From: Chiloscyllium plagiosum
Lineage: Eukaryota
DNA length: 64,000 nt
Direction of reading: 5' to 3'
Assembly (NCBI RefSeq): GCF_004010195.1
Contig: NC_057719.1
Span: 59,162,164 to 59,226,163, forward strand
Shown: piece after piece, positions 61,670 to 64,000 of the stretch
How the letters are laid out: each line of letters opens with the position of its first letter
How positions within the stretch are numbered: position 1 is the first letter of the stretch
Translations under genes and position numbers: made by a program
The notes under the pieces: model-generated
What the model saw: only the letters and a program-made list of their open reading frames with translations
Database searches by the model: none
Told to the model about the DNA's origin: nothing

Positions 61670-64000
61670 GAGGTCAGTGCAGATGGCACTGTCTGTGGAT
61701 GAGGGGTGTCACTGAAAATGGCATTATTTTTGGAAGATGGCACTGTTGGTAGATGCAAGCTCAGTGCAGATGGCACTGTTCATGGATGGGGGGTCAGTGC
61801 AGATGACACTGATCACAAATGAGGCATCCGTGCACATGGCACTGTTTGTGGATGAGGGGTCAGTGCAGATGGTACTGTTTGTGGATGAGGGGTCAGTGCA
61901 GATGGTATTGTTTGTGGATGAGGGGTCAGTGCAGATGACACTGTTTGTGGATGAGAGGTTAGTGCAGATGGCACTATTTGTGAATGAGGAGTCAGTGCAG
62001 ATGGCACTGTTTGTGAATGAGGGGTCAGTGCAAATGGCACTGTTTGTGGATGAGGGGTCAGCACAGATGGCACTGTTTGTGGATGGGGGGTCAGTGCAGA
62101 TGGCACTGATCACAGATGAGGCATCGGTGCACATGGCACTGTTTGTGGATGAGGAGTCAGTGCAGATGGCACTGTTTGTGAGTGAGGAGTCAGTGCAGAT
62201 GGTACTGTTCGTGGATGAGTCGTCAGTGCAAATGGCACTGTTTGTGGATGAGGAGTCAGTGCAAATGGCACTGTTTGTGGATGAGGGGTCTGTGCAGATG
62301 GCACTGATCACAGATGAGGCATCGGTGCACATGGCACTGTTTGTGGATGAGAGGTCAGTGCAGATGGCACTGTTTGTGGATGAGGGGTCAGTGCAGATGG
62401 CACTGTTTGTGGATAAGGGGTCAGTGCCGATGGCATTGTTTGTGGATGAGGGGTCAGTGCACATGGCAGTGTTTGTGGATGAGGGGTTAGTGCAGATGGC
62501 ACTGTTTGTGGATGAGGAGTCAGTGCAGATGGCACTGTTTGTGAATGAGGGGTCAGTGCAGATGGCACTGTTTGTGGATGAGGGGTCAGTGCAGATGGTA
62601 CTGTTTGTGGATGAGGAGTCAGTGCAGTTGGCACTGTTTGTGGATGAGGAGATATTGCAAATGGTAATGTTTGTGGATGAGGAGTCAATGCAGTTGGTAC
62701 TGTTTGTGGATGAGGAGATATTGCAAATGGTACTGTTTGTGGATGAGGAGTCAATGCAGTTGGCACTGTTTGTGGATGAGGAGTCAGTGCAGATGGTACT
62801 GTTTGTGGATGAGGAGTCAGTGCAGATGGTACTGTTTGTGGATGAGGAGATAGTGCAAATGGCACTGTTTGTGGATAAGGGGTCAGTGCAGATTGCATTG
62901 TTTGTGGATGAGGGATCAGTGCACATGGCACTGTTTGTGGATGAGGGGTCAGTGCAGATGGCATTGTTTGTGGATGAGGGGTCAGTGCACATGGCACTGT
63001 TTGTGTATGAGGGGTTAGTGCAGATGGCATTGTTTGTGGATGAGGGTTTAGGGCAGACGGTACTGTTTGTGGATGAGGAGTCAGTGCAGTTGGCACTGTT
63101 TGTGGATGAGGGGTCAGTGCAGATGGCATTGTTTGTGGATGAGGGGTCAGTGCACATGGCACTGTTTGTGGATGAGGGGTTAGTGCAGATGGCACTGTTT
63201 GTGGATGAGGAGTCAGTGCAAATGGCACTGTTTGTGGATGAGGAGTCAGTGCAGATGGTACTGTTTGTGGATGAGGGGTCAGTGCACATGGCACTGTTTG
63301 TGGATGAGGGGTCAGTACACATGGCACTGTTTGTGGATGAGGGGTCAGTGCAGATGGCATTGTTTCTGGATGAGGGTTTAGGGCAGACGGTACTGTTTGT
63401 GGATGAGGAGTCAGTGCAGTTGGCACTGTTTGTGGATGAGGGGTCAGTGCAGATGGTATTGTTTGTGGATGAGGAGTCAGTGCAAATGGCACTGTTCGTG
63501 GATGAGGGGTCAGTGCAAATGGCACTGTTCGTGGATGAGGAGTCAGTGCAGATGGCACTGTTTGTGGATGAGAAGTCAGTGCAAATGGCACTGTTCGTGG
63601 ATGAGGGGTCAGTGCAGATGGCACTGTTCGTGGATGAGGGGTCAGTGCAGATGGCATTGTTCGTGGATGAGGGGTCAGTGCAGATGGCACTGTTCGTGGA
63701 TGAGGGGTCAGTGCAAATGGCACTGTTCGTGGTTGAGGAGTCAGTGCAGATGGCACTGTTTGTGGATGAGGGGTCAGTGCAGATGATACTGTTTGTGGAT
63801 GAGGGGTCAGTGCAGATGGCACTGTTCGTGGATGAGTGGTCAGTGCATTGGCATTGTTTGTGGATGCTGTCTCAGTGCAGATGGCATTGTTCATGGATGA
63901 GGGGTTAGTGCAGATGACTCTGTTCATGGTTGAAGGGTCAGTGCAAATGGCACTGTTTGTGGATGAGCGGTCACTGCAGATGACTCTGTTCATGGTTGAA
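61670..64000. repeat. 33-bp minisatellite, ~70 copies, running off the window end
   Basis: Consensus GATGAGGGGTCAGTGCAGATGGCACTGTTTGTG. It produces the 11-aa periodic ORFs seen on both strands. Confidence 0.97.

Noticed and set aside
61670..64000. CRISPR array or antifreeze-protein gene
   Set aside because: The units are head-to-tail with no unique spacers, there are no cas genes and the context is eukaryotic. The long ORFs follow from a 33-bp period, and no signal peptide or exon support is visible.

Overview
Repeat-rich eukaryotic genomic DNA, very probably from a cartilaginous fish (shark). This is inferred from HE1-type V-SINEs, abundant CR1 LINEs and Penelope-like elements (PLEs). There are four assembly gaps. 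Most long ORFs come from decayed mobile elements: one 5'-truncated L1 (1722-7006) with a poly-A tail and a 14-bp TSD, many CR1 pieces, GIY-YIG PLEs and their short or fold-back derivatives, an RTE fragment, Harbinger Myb-like remnants and a Gmr1-like Gypsy remnant. A 33-bp minisatellite fills the last ~2.3 kb. No host gene can be named with confidence. The most notable observations are: (1) repeated minimal hammerhead-ribozyme motifs in three PLE-linked families, including short TSD-flanked and fold-back copies; (2) a tRNA-Ser(GCT) pseudogene fused to the 5' end of a truncated CR1; (3) a low-confidence chain of minus-strand exon candidates (~19.5-33.6 kb) encoding a signal-peptide protein with loose, collinear prolactin-like motifs, possibly a decayed GH/PRL-family gene. 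Boundaries of old repeats are approximate, and all family assignments are by eye, without database searches.
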